Shown: positions 27,635 through 37,983, counted from the stretch's first letter. The stretch: 54,393 nt of DNA from Candidatus Nanopelagicales bacterium (GCA_041687715.1 JBDNJO010000002.1:1-54393); one strand, 5' to 3'. Numbers and translations: made by a program. Notes: generated by a model from the letters alone, not told the origin.

Positions 27635-28783
27635 ATGAGTAACACCCTGGTCATTACTAATGACTTCCCACCACGTCCGGGTGGTATTCAAACTTTTGGT
27701 TATGAATTGGTGCGTCGATTTGATCCCAAGCAAGTAAGCGTCTTAACTTCGAGCTGGTATGGCGCAGCGGAATTTGATGCTGCGCAGAAGTTCATGACCG
27801 TGCGCGCAAAAACTAAGACTCTATTGCCAGATAAACGAACCCTTAACATGGCTCGCGAAATTATTGTTGCAAATAATGTCACTAGAGTTTTATTCGGAGC
27901 CGCTGCGCCTCTTGGATTACTTGCATCTTCACTTCGCAAGCTAGGCGTTACAAACATTGTCGGCATGACACAGGGGCATGAAGTTGGTTGGGCCATGACG
28001 CCGGGCACAAAGCAAGCACTTCGCAAAATTGGAAATGATGTAGATCATTTAACTTACATAAGCGAATATACGCACGGAAGAATCACGCGGGCATTAACTC
28101 CGCAAGCAGCCGCAGCTATGCGAAGAATTATGCCGGGGGTAAACACTGAGGAATTCTCGCCAGCTAACGCGACTGCAGGATTTGCTTTGCGATCCAGTAT
28201 TGGTTGGGCAAATCGGCCCGTCATAGTTTGCGTCTCACGGTTAATGACCCGAAAAGGCCAAGATCAACTTATCCAGGCTCTTCCAAGCGTGCTTGAAGTC
28301 GTTCCACTTGCATCGTTAATAATTGTTGGCGACGGTCCCTATCGAAAGCACTTGGAAAAACTTACAGATGATTTAGGGCTTCGAGACAACGTGTATTTCA
28401 CTGGAAAAGTCGAGCAAGATCAGCTCGCAAATTGGTACGCAGCCGGCGACGTGTTTGCAATGCCATGCCGCACTCGAGTAGGTGGCTGGGATGTGGAAGG
28501 CCTTGGAATCGTATTTCTAGAAGCTTCTGCAACCGGTTTGCCGGTAATTGTTGGCGACTCTGGGGGTGCTGTGGACGCAGTGCTCGATGGCGAAACTGGA
28601 TTCTTGGTGAATGGAAATGATTTAACTCAAATCACTGACCGCTTAATTCAGCTTCTGACAGATCAAGACCTTGCTAAGCGCATGGGTGCTGCTGGTCGAA
28701 CTTGGGTTACCCAGGAATGGACTTGGGAGCACAGCTTTAAGCGGCTTGACTCCCTGCTGTCGGGTGTTGACCTAGATCATTAG
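27635..28783 (+). CDS. pimB: GT4 glycosyltransferase, PimB'-like phosphatidylinositol mannoside mannosyltransferase
   Basis: MSNTLVITNDFPPRPGGIQTF parallels the mycobacterial PimB' N-terminus. The E-x7-E region is EGLGIVFLEASATGLP. Confidence 0.83.
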   Translation: MSNTLVITNDFPPRPGGIQTFGYELVRRFDPKQVSVLTSSWYGAAEFDAAQKFMTVRAKTKTLLPDKRTLNMAREIIVANNVTRVLFGAAAPLGLLASSLRKLGVTNIVGMTQGHEVGWAMTPGTKQALRKIGNDVDHLTYISEYTHGRITRALTPQAAAAMRRIMPGVNTEEFSPANATAGFALRSSIGWANRPVIVCVSRLMTRKGQDQLIQALPSVLEVVPLASLIIVGDGPYRKHLEKLTDDLGLRDNVYFTGKVEQDQLANWYAAGDVFAMPCRTRVGGWDVEGLGIVFLEASATGLPVIVGDSGGAVDAVLDGETGFLVNGNDLTQITDRLIQLLTDQDLAKRMGAAGRTWVTQEWTWEHSFKRLDSLLSGVDLDH

Positions 28784-29945
28784 GTGCGGCTGTTGGCGCC
28801 AAGCGTTGCGCGGTCGGGCTTAGGTTTCGCCAGACTAATACGGTTGCCCAAACCAAGGTGATAATCCGAATGGTGTGAGCGGCTACGGCAAGCGTGCCAC
28901 CCTGCTGAAAACTTATGTACCAACCAGGATAAAGAAGTTGGCCAATGACAGTGCTAGTTGCAAGCAATATAAAAATTCTACGGAAATTTTGCTGCGGATT
29001 AAAGGCACAAACTGCGAGTACCCCAAATATCCAAACGAGATACTGCGGCGAGAGCACTCGACTTGAAACTATTGCCAGTAGCAAGGCAAGAAGCGCGATG
29101 TCGGCAGGTTGCGCATTATTTAACTTGCCAAAAATTCGCCAAAAACTTAATTTCGCAAGAAGTGCGACACCGACGATGGTAACAATTAAGGAAATAAACG
29201 CGGTACCTGGAGCGACGACTTCAATTGCACCAAATTGGAATGCTGAAGTAACAGTTGCTGGTCCCGCATTCCAGAGTTGATAAGGCAGTGCACCAATAGA
29301 TTCAATCTGCAAGCCACGAGATCTCTGGCCACCAACAAATGAAAAACTCCCATCCCACCAGATGCCAAGTAAGAGGCTGCCAACGCCAAATGTAAGTGCG
29401 AACCAAAGTAAAACTCTCGTTAACATTGCCTTGGGAGTTGCTAAGAGTAAAAGAACTGGCCAAACCTTTAGTAAGGCGCCAACTGCAAGTGCGCTACCAA
29501 ATTTTTTTGGCGATGAAACATAGAGTAAAGCAAAAACTGCGGCCAAAGTTGGGAAGACATCGAAGCGACCTAACAAAATCGGACCGATTATCAGGGGAGT
29601 AGCAAGCCAAATAGCGCCCGGTAGGTAATTATCTAGTTCGCGGCCACGAGCCAACAGCAAAAGCATGATTACAAAGTCAGCTAGTAGAGCTAAAAAAACA
29701 AAACCTACCGTGTTAGGGGCAATTAGATATCCAGCTAAGAAAACAACGGCAGCAAGTGGTGGATACTGCCACATTGGATCATTAACTGGGAAAAAACCAT
29801 CGGCAATATTTCCAGCCCACCAGTCATAAAGACGAACATCACTAAATAAAAATTGCGATTCTGGATAGAGAATGAGACTAAATCCTGATAATAAAACCCA
29901 GAGTCTGGTTGCAAACCATCCAACCAACAACGGAACCGTACGCAT
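28737..29945 (-). CDS. GT87/DUF2029-type polyprenol-phosphate-mannose-dependent mannosyltransferase
   Basis: 402 aa polytopic protein with DVRLYDWWA and WQYPPLAAVVF motifs. Its 3' end overlaps the pimB 3' end by 47 nt. Confidence 0.75.
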   Translation of the reverse strand: MRTVPLLVGWFATRLWVLLSGFSLILYPESQFLFSDVRLYDWWAGNIADGFFPVNDPMWQYPPLAAVVFLAGYLIAPNTVGFVFLALLADFVIMLLLLARGRELDNYLPGAIWLATPLIIGPILLGRFDVFPTLAAVFALLYVSSPKKFGSALAVGALLKVWPVLLLLATPKAMLTRVLLWFALTFGVGSLLLGIWWDGSFSFVGGQRSRGLQIESIGALPYQLWNAGPATVTSAFQFGAIEVVAPGTAFISLIVTIVGVALLAKLSFWRIFGKLNNAQPADIALLALLLAIVSSRVLSPQYLVWIFGVLAVCAFNPQQNFRRIFILLATSTVIGQLLYPGWYISFQQGGTLAVAAHTIRIITLVWATVLVWRNLSPTAQRLAPTAAPNDLGQHPTAGSQAA

Positions 29946-29986
29946 TATGAAATTAAGCGTAGCCAGTAAGCATGCAAATGTGATGC

Positions 29987-31783
29987 TTAGTTGTAGAGCG
30001 CGTCGATTTCTTTAGCGAAATCTTGCAGAATCAAGTGACGACGGATACTCATTTTTGGAGTTAAATAACCATTGTCGATTGTTAAGTCTTCGAGCAGGAT
30101 CGAAAACTTCTTTATTGCTTCAGAGTTTGATACTGCCTCGTTTGCAGCATTGATAGCTTTCTGAACTAAAGCGCGCACGTTTGGATCTGCTACTAACTCG
30201 GCCATGGGTGCATTCTCAAGGTTGCTTGCTGCCAAAATTTGTGGGAGCGCATCTTGATCAAGTGTGATGAGCGCTGCAATGTAAGGCTTGTCATCTCCAA
30301 CGACAACACACTGGCTAATTATGGAGTTGGCCCGCAAGCGATCTTCGAGAACAGCAGGAGCCACATTCTTGCCACCAGCGGTCACGATAATTTCTTTCTT
30401 GCGGCCAGTGATTCGTAAGAAGCCATCACTATCTAATTCACCTATGTCGCCACTACGAAACCAGCCATCGCCAGTCATTGCCTCAGCTGTTGCAGCATCG
30501 TTATTCCAATATCCAGCAAAGATGTGTGGGCCTTTAAGTAGGACTTCACCGTCTGATTCGATCCGAACCCCAGTGCCTGGGAGCGGGCGTCCAACTGAGC
30601 CAATCTTTAAGTTGCTTGGCACATTTAAGGTGCTGCCTGCCGTGCTTTCAGTTAAGCCATATCCCTCAAGAATTATTAAACCTAAGCCACGGTAGAAGTG
30701 TCCAAGGCGAGAACCGAGTGCGGCGCCACCTGAAATCGCATGAGTAACTCGGCCACCCATGGCGTGACGTAATTTTGAATAAACAAGTTTGTCAAATAAG
30801 CCATGTTGAAGTGCAAGTCCTTTTGACATGTGCCCATGGTCTATTGCTTCGCTGTAAGCAATTGCAACTTTTGCTGCTCGATCAAAAATCTTTCCTTTGA
30901 CAGGACTTGCTTCTTGCGCTTTTGCAGCGGAGCCATTAAATACTTTTTCAAACACTCGTGGGACAGCCAACAGGAAAGTCGGCTGGAAAGAACTCAAATC
31001 CTTAAGTAACGCTGCAGGATTTGGACAGTGACCGATTGTGACCTCACCACGCAACATCGCAACCTGAATCAATCTTCCAAACACATGAGCTAGTGGTAGA
31101 AAAATTAAAGTGGATGCCTCTGGTACTTCAAATACTTCGGGTACGCCTTTAACTAAAGTATCAACTTCAGCCATCAAGTTTCCATGTGTAATGATGCAAC
31201 CCTTTGGACGACCAGTCGTTCCAGATGTGTAAATCAAAGTTGCAGGGTCACTTGGTTGCGATGAATTGCGCCGGGCAGTCAATTCGTCATCAGATATGTG
31301 AGCGCCTTTGCTGGAAAGTTCAGCTAACACATTGTCACCGAAAACGTAGGAGCGAGTCATCGCTGGAACCTTCGCTGCAATCGGAGTGAAGGCGTGTGTA
31401 GTTCGTTGCGCTTCAAAAAAAGTTGCGACAACATTTGCATCAGAAATAATCCACTCAACCTGTTCAGGTGAGGAAGTTTCATAAATTGGAACCGTGATGC
31501 AGCCTGCGTACCAAATTGCATAGTCTGCGACCGTCCACTCGTATCGAGTGCGCGAAAGTATTGCTATTCGGTCACTAGGCATAAGGCCATCTGCAATTAA
31601 ACCCTTTGCCACGCTGCGAACTTGAGAGCGAAACTGTTCAGCAGAGACAGTGGACCACTGGTCGTCTTTCTGGATAGCCAATGACGGGAAGTCTGGATTT
31701 CGATTGACCAAGTCTTCAATATGATCTGTCACATTGCCACTGACAATTGGTGGGATGTTTGCAGGAACAGATAACTCGCGCAC
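29987..31783 (-). CDS. fadD15: Long-chain fatty acid--CoA ligase (FadD15-like)
   Basis: 598 aa with the AMP-binding motif LIYTSGTTGRPKG and GYGLTES. Confidence 0.88.
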   Translation of the reverse strand: MRELSVPANIPPIVSGNVTDHIEDLVNRNPDFPSLAIQKDDQWSTVSAEQFRSQVRSVAKGLIADGLMPSDRIAILSRTRYEWTVADYAIWYAGCITVPIYETSSPEQVEWIISDANVVATFFEAQRTTHAFTPIAAKVPAMTRSYVFGDNVLAELSSKGAHISDDELTARRNSSQPSDPATLIYTSGTTGRPKGCIITHGNLMAEVDTLVKGVPEVFEVPEASTLIFLPLAHVFGRLIQVAMLRGEVTIGHCPNPAALLKDLSSFQPTFLLAVPRVFEKVFNGSAAKAQEASPVKGKIFDRAAKVAIAYSEAIDHGHMSKGLALQHGLFDKLVYSKLRHAMGGRVTHAISGGAALGSRLGHFYRGLGLIILEGYGLTESTAGSTLNVPSNLKIGSVGRPLPGTGVRIESDGEVLLKGPHIFAGYWNNDAATAEAMTGDGWFRSGDIGELDSDGFLRITGRKKEIIVTAGGKNVAPAVLEDRLRANSIISQCVVVGDDKPYIAALITLDQDALPQILAASNLENAPMAELVADPNVRALVQKAINAANEAVSNSEAIKKFSILLEDLTIDNGYLTPKMSIRRHLILQDFAKEIDALYN

Positions 31784-31893
31784 TTGGGCAACTCTCGATA
31801 AAAGCCTTACGAGATCTCAGTATGTCCTAGAACCTATTGAAAACCTCTGAAACCATGAAAAATCTGGACCAGTAATTGCTGTAACTCATTTGC

Positions 31894-32607
31894 TTGACTA
31901 CCGTTAGTGCTGTGTCTGACCGCGATAACTTTTATAAGTTCCTAAAGAAGGTCGCCATAGGCCCTGCCATTGAAGTGGCGTTTCACCCTTGGGTTGAGGG
32001 CCTAGACAATATCCCAGAAAATGGACCGGCGATTTTAGCGAGTAACCATCTTTCTTTTTCAGACTCAATTTTTTTGCCAGTAGCCGTTCCTCGAAAAATT
32101 ACATTTATGGCAAAGAGTGAGTACTTCGAAGGTCCTGGAATCAGAGGGAAAGTCACAGCCGCATTTGTGCGGGGCGCCGGTCAAGTTCCAGTGGATCGCA
32201 CTGGTGGAAATGCCAGCATGGCAGCAATCACAACTGGCGTGCGCCTGCTTAATGAAGGGCACTTACTTGGCATTTATCCAGAAGGCACTCGATCCTCAGA
32301 TGGGCGTCTTTATCGCGGAAAAACTGGTGTTGCCCGGATAGCTCTTGAAGCACGAGTGCCCGTTATTCCAGTTGCAATGATTAATACTGAGATGGTTCAA
32401 CCGATAGGTCGCTCGCGACCAAATTTTGGAGTTGAAGTTGGAATCCGAATTGGTGCGCCATTAGATTTTTCCCGTTATTACGGAATGGAAGACGACCGAT
32501 TTGTCCTACGCTCATTAACTGATGAAATTATGTATCGCATCATGGATCTTTCTGGGCAAGAGTACGTAGATAAATATGCATCAAGATCAAAGAGCCCTAA
32601 CAATTAA
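31894..32607 (+). CDS. plsC: 1-acyl-sn-glycerol-3-phosphate acyltransferase family protein
   Basis: NHLSFSD (HX4D) and IYPEGTRS motifs; TTG start. Confidence 0.85.
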   Translation: MTTVSAVSDRDNFYKFLKKVAIGPAIEVAFHPWVEGLDNIPENGPAILASNHLSFSDSIFLPVAVPRKITFMAKSEYFEGPGIRGKVTAAFVRGAGQVPVDRTGGNASMAAITTGVRLLNEGHLLGIYPEGTRSSDGRLYRGKTGVARIALEARVPVIPVAMINTEMVQPIGRSRPNFGVEVGIRIGAPLDFSRYYGMEDDRFVLRSLTDEIMYRIMDLSGQEYVDKYASRSKSPNN

Positions 32608-32615
32608 TTAACGAA

Positions 32616-33839
32616 TTAATGAGTTGTGACTGGCTTACCCTTTGGCTGTCTAATTTGCGAAAGTAATTGCTCAAACCAGACTTGTTCGGTATCAAATGGT
32701 TTGCCTCCAGCAACGCGCTGGAATTCGCAAACGCGAATAACATTTCCTTGGTCTTCATCCTGGCCAACAAGCCCACTAAGTCCATCTAGTGCTGCTCGCA
32801 CTGCAATTACCGCACAATCCTGAATCAATTTTTTATCAGCAGCATTCGCTGGAGCCGAGCGAGCAAAATAGCCACTCTTTTGCACCAAAACTTTTTCAGC
32901 TTTAATCATGGGCGCAAACTGATTTGAAAACCATTCTCCTGGATTAATTTTATCAATCTTGACGTGACCAAATGGATCCAGCGGGATAGCTTCACCGTTG
33001 CTGCGCATTTTCTCTACGATGGCATCAACGCCAGCACCTTCTGATAAAAATATGTTTACGTTTCCAACTTCATCAAGGACTTTACTCAATCGCTTAGCCT
33101 CTGCTGCTAGATCAATTTCGAGTTCAGGCACATACACCGCGTGAATGTCTCGATGATTTCGGGTTAATCCAAATTCTGGAATCCAATTCATGTCATCAAG
33201 CAGGCAGCGGTAGGAAACTGCAGTGGCAGCTGTTAGCCAACCACTATGTCGTCCCATAACTTCATGAACAATTAGCATGCGCGAATTAGAAGTATGTTCC
33301 GAAACTATATTGCTAAAGTGGTGAGCACCTTCATCAGCTGCGGTCCACGCGCCAAGTGATTGGGCGATGGGATAGATGTCGTTGTCAATCGTTTTAGGTA
33401 ACCCAACTACTGCTAAATCGTAGTTATTTTGCGCCAAAAAGTTCGCAAGATCAGCAGCCGCAGTATTCGTATCATCGCCGCCGATGGTGTGCAGTACATC
33501 AACGCCATCTGCAATTAATTGTGAGGCAGCTACCTGCCGGGGATCAGCTCCCGCTGGAACTAAGCCACGGGCAACGCAATCGGCGACATTGGTCAGTTTT
33601 ACTCGTGAATTTCCTATCGGACTGCCACCAAAACTGTGCAGCAAGTCTGCTTTAGCCCGGATCTGCGGCGTAATTGGAATCGATTCACCGAGCAAAAGTC
33701 CTTGGTAACCATTTCGGTAAGCAATGATCTCAACGTCTGGAGCAATTTTGGAGTATTGGCTAATCAGGGCCCCAACAGCGGAGGAAAGACAAGGCGCTAA
33801 TCCACCGGCAGTAAGTAGCGCCACTTTTTTGATTGCCAT
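32616..33839 (-). CDS. pfp: Phosphofructokinase with pyrophosphate-dependent signature
   Basis: 407 aa from ATG 33839 (MAIKKVALLTAGG). GGDDT replaces the GGDGS of ATP-PFKs, and PKTIDND replaces PGTIDND. Confidence 0.85.
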   Translation of the reverse strand: MAIKKVALLTAGGLAPCLSSAVGALISQYSKIAPDVEIIAYRNGYQGLLLGESIPITPQIRAKADLLHSFGGSPIGNSRVKLTNVADCVARGLVPAGADPRQVAASQLIADGVDVLHTIGGDDTNTAAADLANFLAQNNYDLAVVGLPKTIDNDIYPIAQSLGAWTAADEGAHHFSNIVSEHTSNSRMLIVHEVMGRHSGWLTAATAVSYRCLLDDMNWIPEFGLTRNHRDIHAVYVPELEIDLAAEAKRLSKVLDEVGNVNIFLSEGAGVDAIVEKMRSNGEAIPLDPFGHVKIDKINPGEWFSNQFAPMIKAEKVLVQKSGYFARSAPANAADKKLIQDCAVIAVRAALDGLSGLVGQDEDQGNVIRVCEFQRVAGGKPFDTEQVWFEQLLSQIRQPKGKPVTTH

Positions 33840-33922
33840 GAACCTAATTCTAGTCTGCTGCCTCATTGGATCTCAGGTTTGCGATTTAGGAAACCGCGCG
33901 AATCGCTACTATTCTGTTCGTT

Positions 33923-35251
33923 ATGACAAAGACTTCTTGGCCAGATTTGCCAGCAGCGCAGCAGCCAGCCTGGCCTGATGCGGGCGAACTTAAGCGCGCG
34001 CAAGAAATCTTGTCGAGCCTGCCGCCATTAGTTTTCGCTGGTGAGTGCGACGAGTTAAAAACTCGACTTGGCGAAGCCAGTCTCGGCAATGCTTTCGTAC
34101 TCATGGGTGGGGATTGCGCGGAAACATTTGTTGCAAATACTGCTGACTCAATCCGGGCTCGACTTAAAACTGTTCTTCAGATGGCGATCGTCTTAACATA
34201 CGGCGCATCAACTCCAGTTGTTAAAATCGGAAGAATTGCAGGTCAGTACGGAAAACCAAGAAGCTCTGCAGATGAAACCATTGATGGCGTGAGTTTGCCT
34301 TCTTACCGTGGGGACGCAGTAAATGGACTTGATTTCACTTTGGAATCTCGCACTCCTAATCCAATGCGTCTTGTTGATACTTACCACGCAAGTGTGGCAA
34401 CGCTAAATTTGGTGCGTGCATTCACTCAGGGTGGCTACGCAGATTTGCGACAGGTTCATTCTTGGAATCAAGACTTCGTTAGTGAATCTGCTCCTGGCAT
34501 TCGCTACGAACAAATGGCTGCAGAAATTGACCGAGCACTTTCCTTCATGACTGCCTGCGGCGCTGATCCAGAGGAATTCAAGCGCGCAGATTTTTACGCG
34601 AGCCACGAAGCGCTGTTACTAGATTACGAAAAGCCGCTCACTCGAGTGGATTCTCGCACTGGCAATCTTTACGACGTATCTGGACATTTTGTTTGGGTAG
34701 GCGAGCGCACCCGAGATATTGCGGGTGCCCACATTGATTTTGTTTCAAAGATTTCAAATCCAATCGGCGTAAAGATTGGGCCCAAGACTTCACCGGAAGA
34801 CATATCAGATTTACTTAAGAAACTTGATCCAAATAAAGTGCCTGGGCGCTTAATGTTCATCACTCGGATGGGTGCCAAGAACATCAGGGACGTATTACCA
34901 AGCCTGATAGCTGCGGTACAAAAAACAGATCATCCAGTTCTTTGGGTTTGTGATCCCATGCATGGCAATACTTTGGAAGCTGCCTCGGGACATAAAACTA
35001 GATTGCTAGATGACGTAATTGACGAAGTTCGTGGTTTCTTTGAAGTACATAAGTCAATGGGCACTCATCCAGGTGGTATTCACATTGAACTAACGGGCGA
35101 TGATGTCACTGAATGCCTTGGTGGCATTGGCGGCGTAAGTGAATCTGACTTACCGTTCAGGTATGAAACCGCTTGCGACCCGCGCCTTAATCGCGTGCAG
35201 AGTTTGGACTTGGCATTTCAAGTTGCGGATATGTTGGGGCAACGTAGTTAA
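33923..35251 (+). CDS. aroG: Class II 3-deoxy-D-arabino-heptulosonate-7-phosphate synthase
   Basis: 442 aa. The class II pattern (GQYGKPRS, CDPMHGN, HIELTG) parallels mycobacterial AroG. Confidence 0.94.
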   Translation: MTKTSWPDLPAAQQPAWPDAGELKRAQEILSSLPPLVFAGECDELKTRLGEASLGNAFVLMGGDCAETFVANTADSIRARLKTVLQMAIVLTYGASTPVVKIGRIAGQYGKPRSSADETIDGVSLPSYRGDAVNGLDFTLESRTPNPMRLVDTYHASVATLNLVRAFTQGGYADLRQVHSWNQDFVSESAPGIRYEQMAAEIDRALSFMTACGADPEEFKRADFYASHEALLLDYEKPLTRVDSRTGNLYDVSGHFVWVGERTRDIAGAHIDFVSKISNPIGVKIGPKTSPEDISDLLKKLDPNKVPGRLMFITRMGAKNIRDVLPSLIAAVQKTDHPVLWVCDPMHGNTLEAASGHKTRLLDDVIDEVRGFFEVHKSMGTHPGGIHIELTGDDVTECLGGIGGVSESDLPFRYETACDPRLNRVQSLDLAFQVADMLGQRS

Positions 35252-35267
35252 TTTCTAGCGAACGAAG

Positions 35268-37160
35268 CTAGACAATTTCAAGTGTTATTAACGATCCTCT
35301 AGGTGCTTGACTTCCACCAGCTGGATTTTGTGAGTAAACCTTATTTAAGATCGCAACAGCTAACTTATTAGTTGCCTTAACTTGGAACCCTGCATTTTGT
35401 AACGTCGCTGTAGCCGTAGCGACATCCATACCAACTACATTTGGAACAGCCACTAACACTGGGCCCTTGCTCACGGTCACTTTTATGACGGTAGCTTTTG
35501 GAACAACATTTCCAGGCAGTGGGTCACTAGTAAGGATTGTTCCAGCAACACTGTCAGCAAATTCTTCGAGTGTGATTTCGAGAGTCAAACCAATGTTCGC
35601 TAAGACCGCAGTGGCATCCGTAACTAAAGTGCCTAAAATTGGTGGCACTTCAACTGGCGCAGGTCCTTTTGAGATTAAGACTGTAATTGGAGTAGCACGT
35701 TTAACGGATTCACCTGCCACTGGCTCAGTGCTAACTACTTTTCCAATTGGAATAAGTTCATCAAACACTTCATTCGTCCCAGCAACACTCAAAGTTAATT
35801 CTTCTAAAACTGTGGTCACTTCAGCGGGATCACGGCCGGCTAAATCATTTGGAATCAAATACCGTTCTTGACCCTTTGAAATTCGCAGCACTATCGCATT
35901 GCCTTTTCTGGCATTCTCTCCTGCAAGTGGCGAGGTGGCAACAACTAATCCGGCTGGAATATCTTCCGAGAACTCTTCCACAACATCACTTGAAAGTTCT
36001 AGGGGAGCCAAAATAACATTTGCTTCTTCCACACTCAGTCCTGCCAGTGGCGGAACAACTGCGTAGCTGCCACTGAATTGATACCAAGCACCGCCGCCAA
36101 GAATTACCGCAAGCAAAATAAGCAATGGCGCGATAAGGCGATTGCGAGATTTGGTAGTAGGTTCGCGATGGATACCACTAGATCCAATTCCTGGATTTGG
36201 TTTTGTAATTGGGATAACACCAGTGGCTCGATGCGAACCGCGACTTGCTGGATTTAGAATCTGCGTGTTATGCAACGGGATAGCTGTTGTTAAGGCTTCC
36301 GCTTTGGGAACTGCGGAAATCGCTCGAACAACTCCATGACGAAATTCGCGCGCACTCTGAATTCGCTCATCTGGATGTTTACGAGTAGCAGCTAGAACTA
36401 AGTGATCAACTGCAGGTGGAACATCTGGCTGAATCGCACTTGGAGCAGACACTGCGCTATTTACATGTTGGTAGGCGACATCAAGTGGTGAGATGCCAGT
36501 AAAAGGAACGACTCCAGTCACCATCTCATATAGCAAAATGCCGCATGAGTAAACATCTGATCTTTGGTCCACCGCAAACTGCTGAACCTGCTCTGGTGAC
36601 AGATATGCCATCGTGCCAAGTAGCACTGCTCCCGTGGAGTCACTAACTGGAGTATCGCTGATAACTCGGGCTAAACCGAAATCTGTAACTTTGATATGTC
36701 CGTCCTGCGTTATCAAAACATTTTCTGGTTTTATGTCCCGATGAACAAATCCAGCATCGTGCGCTGCGCTTAAGCCGGCGAGGACTGCGCCAATTATTTC
36801 AAGGGCATGCGCGCTCGTAAATGGTCCTGATTGCGCCATAAGCTGCCGGATTGTTTGCCCCTGAACATATTCCATAACCAAAAATGGAAAACCAGCATTG
36901 ATTCCTTGATCATGAACCGCCACAACGTTTGGATGTGTCAAAGCAGCAGCAGCACGCGCCTCTTGGGTAAATCGTTCAACAAAGTTTGGATCATTTACCA
37001 GTGCCCCACCTAGAACTTTTAGCGCAACCGTGCGACCCAATCTAAGGTCCGTTCCGAGATAGACCGTAGCCATCCCACCTTGGGCGATTAGTTCATCAAT
37101 TTGGTAGCGATCATCTAATACTTTCCCAATTAATGGATCAATAATTGGCGATTGGTTCAC
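35268..37160 (-). CDS. Ser/Thr protein kinase with one TM segment and four PASTA-like repeats
   Basis: Hanks motifs GGMATVYLG, VALK, HRDIKPEN, DFG and SPE, followed by a TM segment and four repeats of about 65 aa. GTG 37160 is chosen because the upstream 53 codons of the ORF-track call are AT-rich and run toward crtYc. Confidence 0.88.
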   Translation of the reverse strand: MNQSPIIDPLIGKVLDDRYQIDELIAQGGMATVYLGTDLRLGRTVALKVLGGALVNDPNFVERFTQEARAAAALTHPNVVAVHDQGINAGFPFLVMEYVQGQTIRQLMAQSGPFTSAHALEIIGAVLAGLSAAHDAGFVHRDIKPENVLITQDGHIKVTDFGLARVISDTPVSDSTGAVLLGTMAYLSPEQVQQFAVDQRSDVYSCGILLYEMVTGVVPFTGISPLDVAYQHVNSAVSAPSAIQPDVPPAVDHLVLAATRKHPDERIQSAREFRHGVVRAISAVPKAEALTTAIPLHNTQILNPASRGSHRATGVIPITKPNPGIGSSGIHREPTTKSRNRLIAPLLILLAVILGGGAWYQFSGSYAVVPPLAGLSVEEANVILAPLELSSDVVEEFSEDIPAGLVVATSPLAGENARKGNAIVLRISKGQERYLIPNDLAGRDPAEVTTVLEELTLSVAGTNEVFDELIPIGKVVSTEPVAGESVKRATPITVLISKGPAPVEVPPILGTLVTDATAVLANIGLTLEITLEEFADSVAGTILTSDPLPGNVVPKATVIKVTVSKGPVLVAVPNVVGMDVATATATLQNAGFQVKATNKLAVAILNKVYSQNPAGGSQAPRGSLITLEIV

Positions 37161-37242
37161 AATTTCATTGTAGATGAAAGGGGTATATATCAGTTTGGTC
37201 GCCACGACAAGGTATATTTTCAACATAAGCGAAAGAGAGCTC

Positions 37243-37578
37243 ATGTCACAATTTGCATACCTAGGTGTACTCGTTGGATCCCTGGCGGGAACTGCATGGT
37301 TGGAGTTCTTTTTGCGCACGAGGGTTTACCGTCGAGCAATTCGCCTAGTGTTTACAATAATTCCAGTTTTGATTGTCTTTTCAATTTGGGATGCATATGC
37401 CATAGCACAGGGGCACTGGAATTTTGATAGTCGGTACGTCACTGGCGTAATCGTTTTTGCAGATATCCCACTTGATGAAATTTTATTTTTTATCGTGATA
37501 CCAATCTGCGCAATTTTGTCCTTTGAGGCCGTACGAAGTGCGCGCGATTGGGAAAGTGGAGATGAGGTAAGCAAATGA
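37243..37578 (+). CDS. crtYc: Lycopene cyclase domain protein (heterodimeric type, subunit 1)
   Basis: 111 aa three-TM protein from ATG 37243. DAYAIAQGHW and PLDEILFF motifs resemble CrtYc/Yd-type cyclases. It overlaps the next gene by 4 nt. Confidence 0.8.
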   Translation: MSQFAYLGVLVGSLAGTAWLEFFLRTRVYRRAIRLVFTIIPVLIVFSIWDAYAIAQGHWNFDSRYVTGVIVFADIPLDEILFFIVIPICAILSFEAVRSARDWESGDEVSK

Positions 37579-37973
37579 CGTACACCCAACTTGCCCTGCT
37601 CGCAGCGCTAATTATTGCGGTAGTAGATCTTTACGTATTTAAGACAAAGTTGTTAACAAGGCGGGTTTTTTGGGTTTCATATTCAATAGTTGTTTTCTTC
37701 CAGCTTGTGACGAATGGAATTCTTACTGGATTTGGGATTGTTAAATATGATGGCGAGGCAATAATTGGTTCTACATCGCCACAAGAGGGCGCTCCTGAAA
37801 TTCTTGGAGATGGTCGCATCGCGTTTGCGCCAGTTGAAGATCTATTCTTTGGTTTCAGTTTAGTTTTACTAACACTTGTGATTTGGGTTTGGTTAGGGCG
37901 CATCGGTGTCCAGCGAAATCCTCGTTCTGGACCACCTCGAAAGAGTGTGGAAAAAATCCTACGGGTTAAATAG
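37575..37973 (+). CDS. crtYd: Lycopene cyclase domain protein (heterodimeric type, subunit 2)
   Basis: 132 aa three-TM protein with a PVEDLFFGF motif, paired with crtYc. Confidence 0.8.
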   Translation: MTYTQLALLAALIIAVVDLYVFKTKLLTRRVFWVSYSIVVFFQLVTNGILTGFGIVKYDGEAIIGSTSPQEGAPEILGDGRIAFAPVEDLFFGFSLVLLTLVIWVWLGRIGVQRNPRSGPPRKSVEKILRVK

Positions 37974-37983
37974 CGATTGGCAG

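Noticed and set aside
35253-35272. Small hairpin TCTAGC-N7-GCTAGA between aroG and the kinase gene, as a bidirectional terminator.
   Set aside because: The stem is only 6 bp, there is no flanking T/A tract, and it overlaps the kinase stop codon. This is too weak to call.
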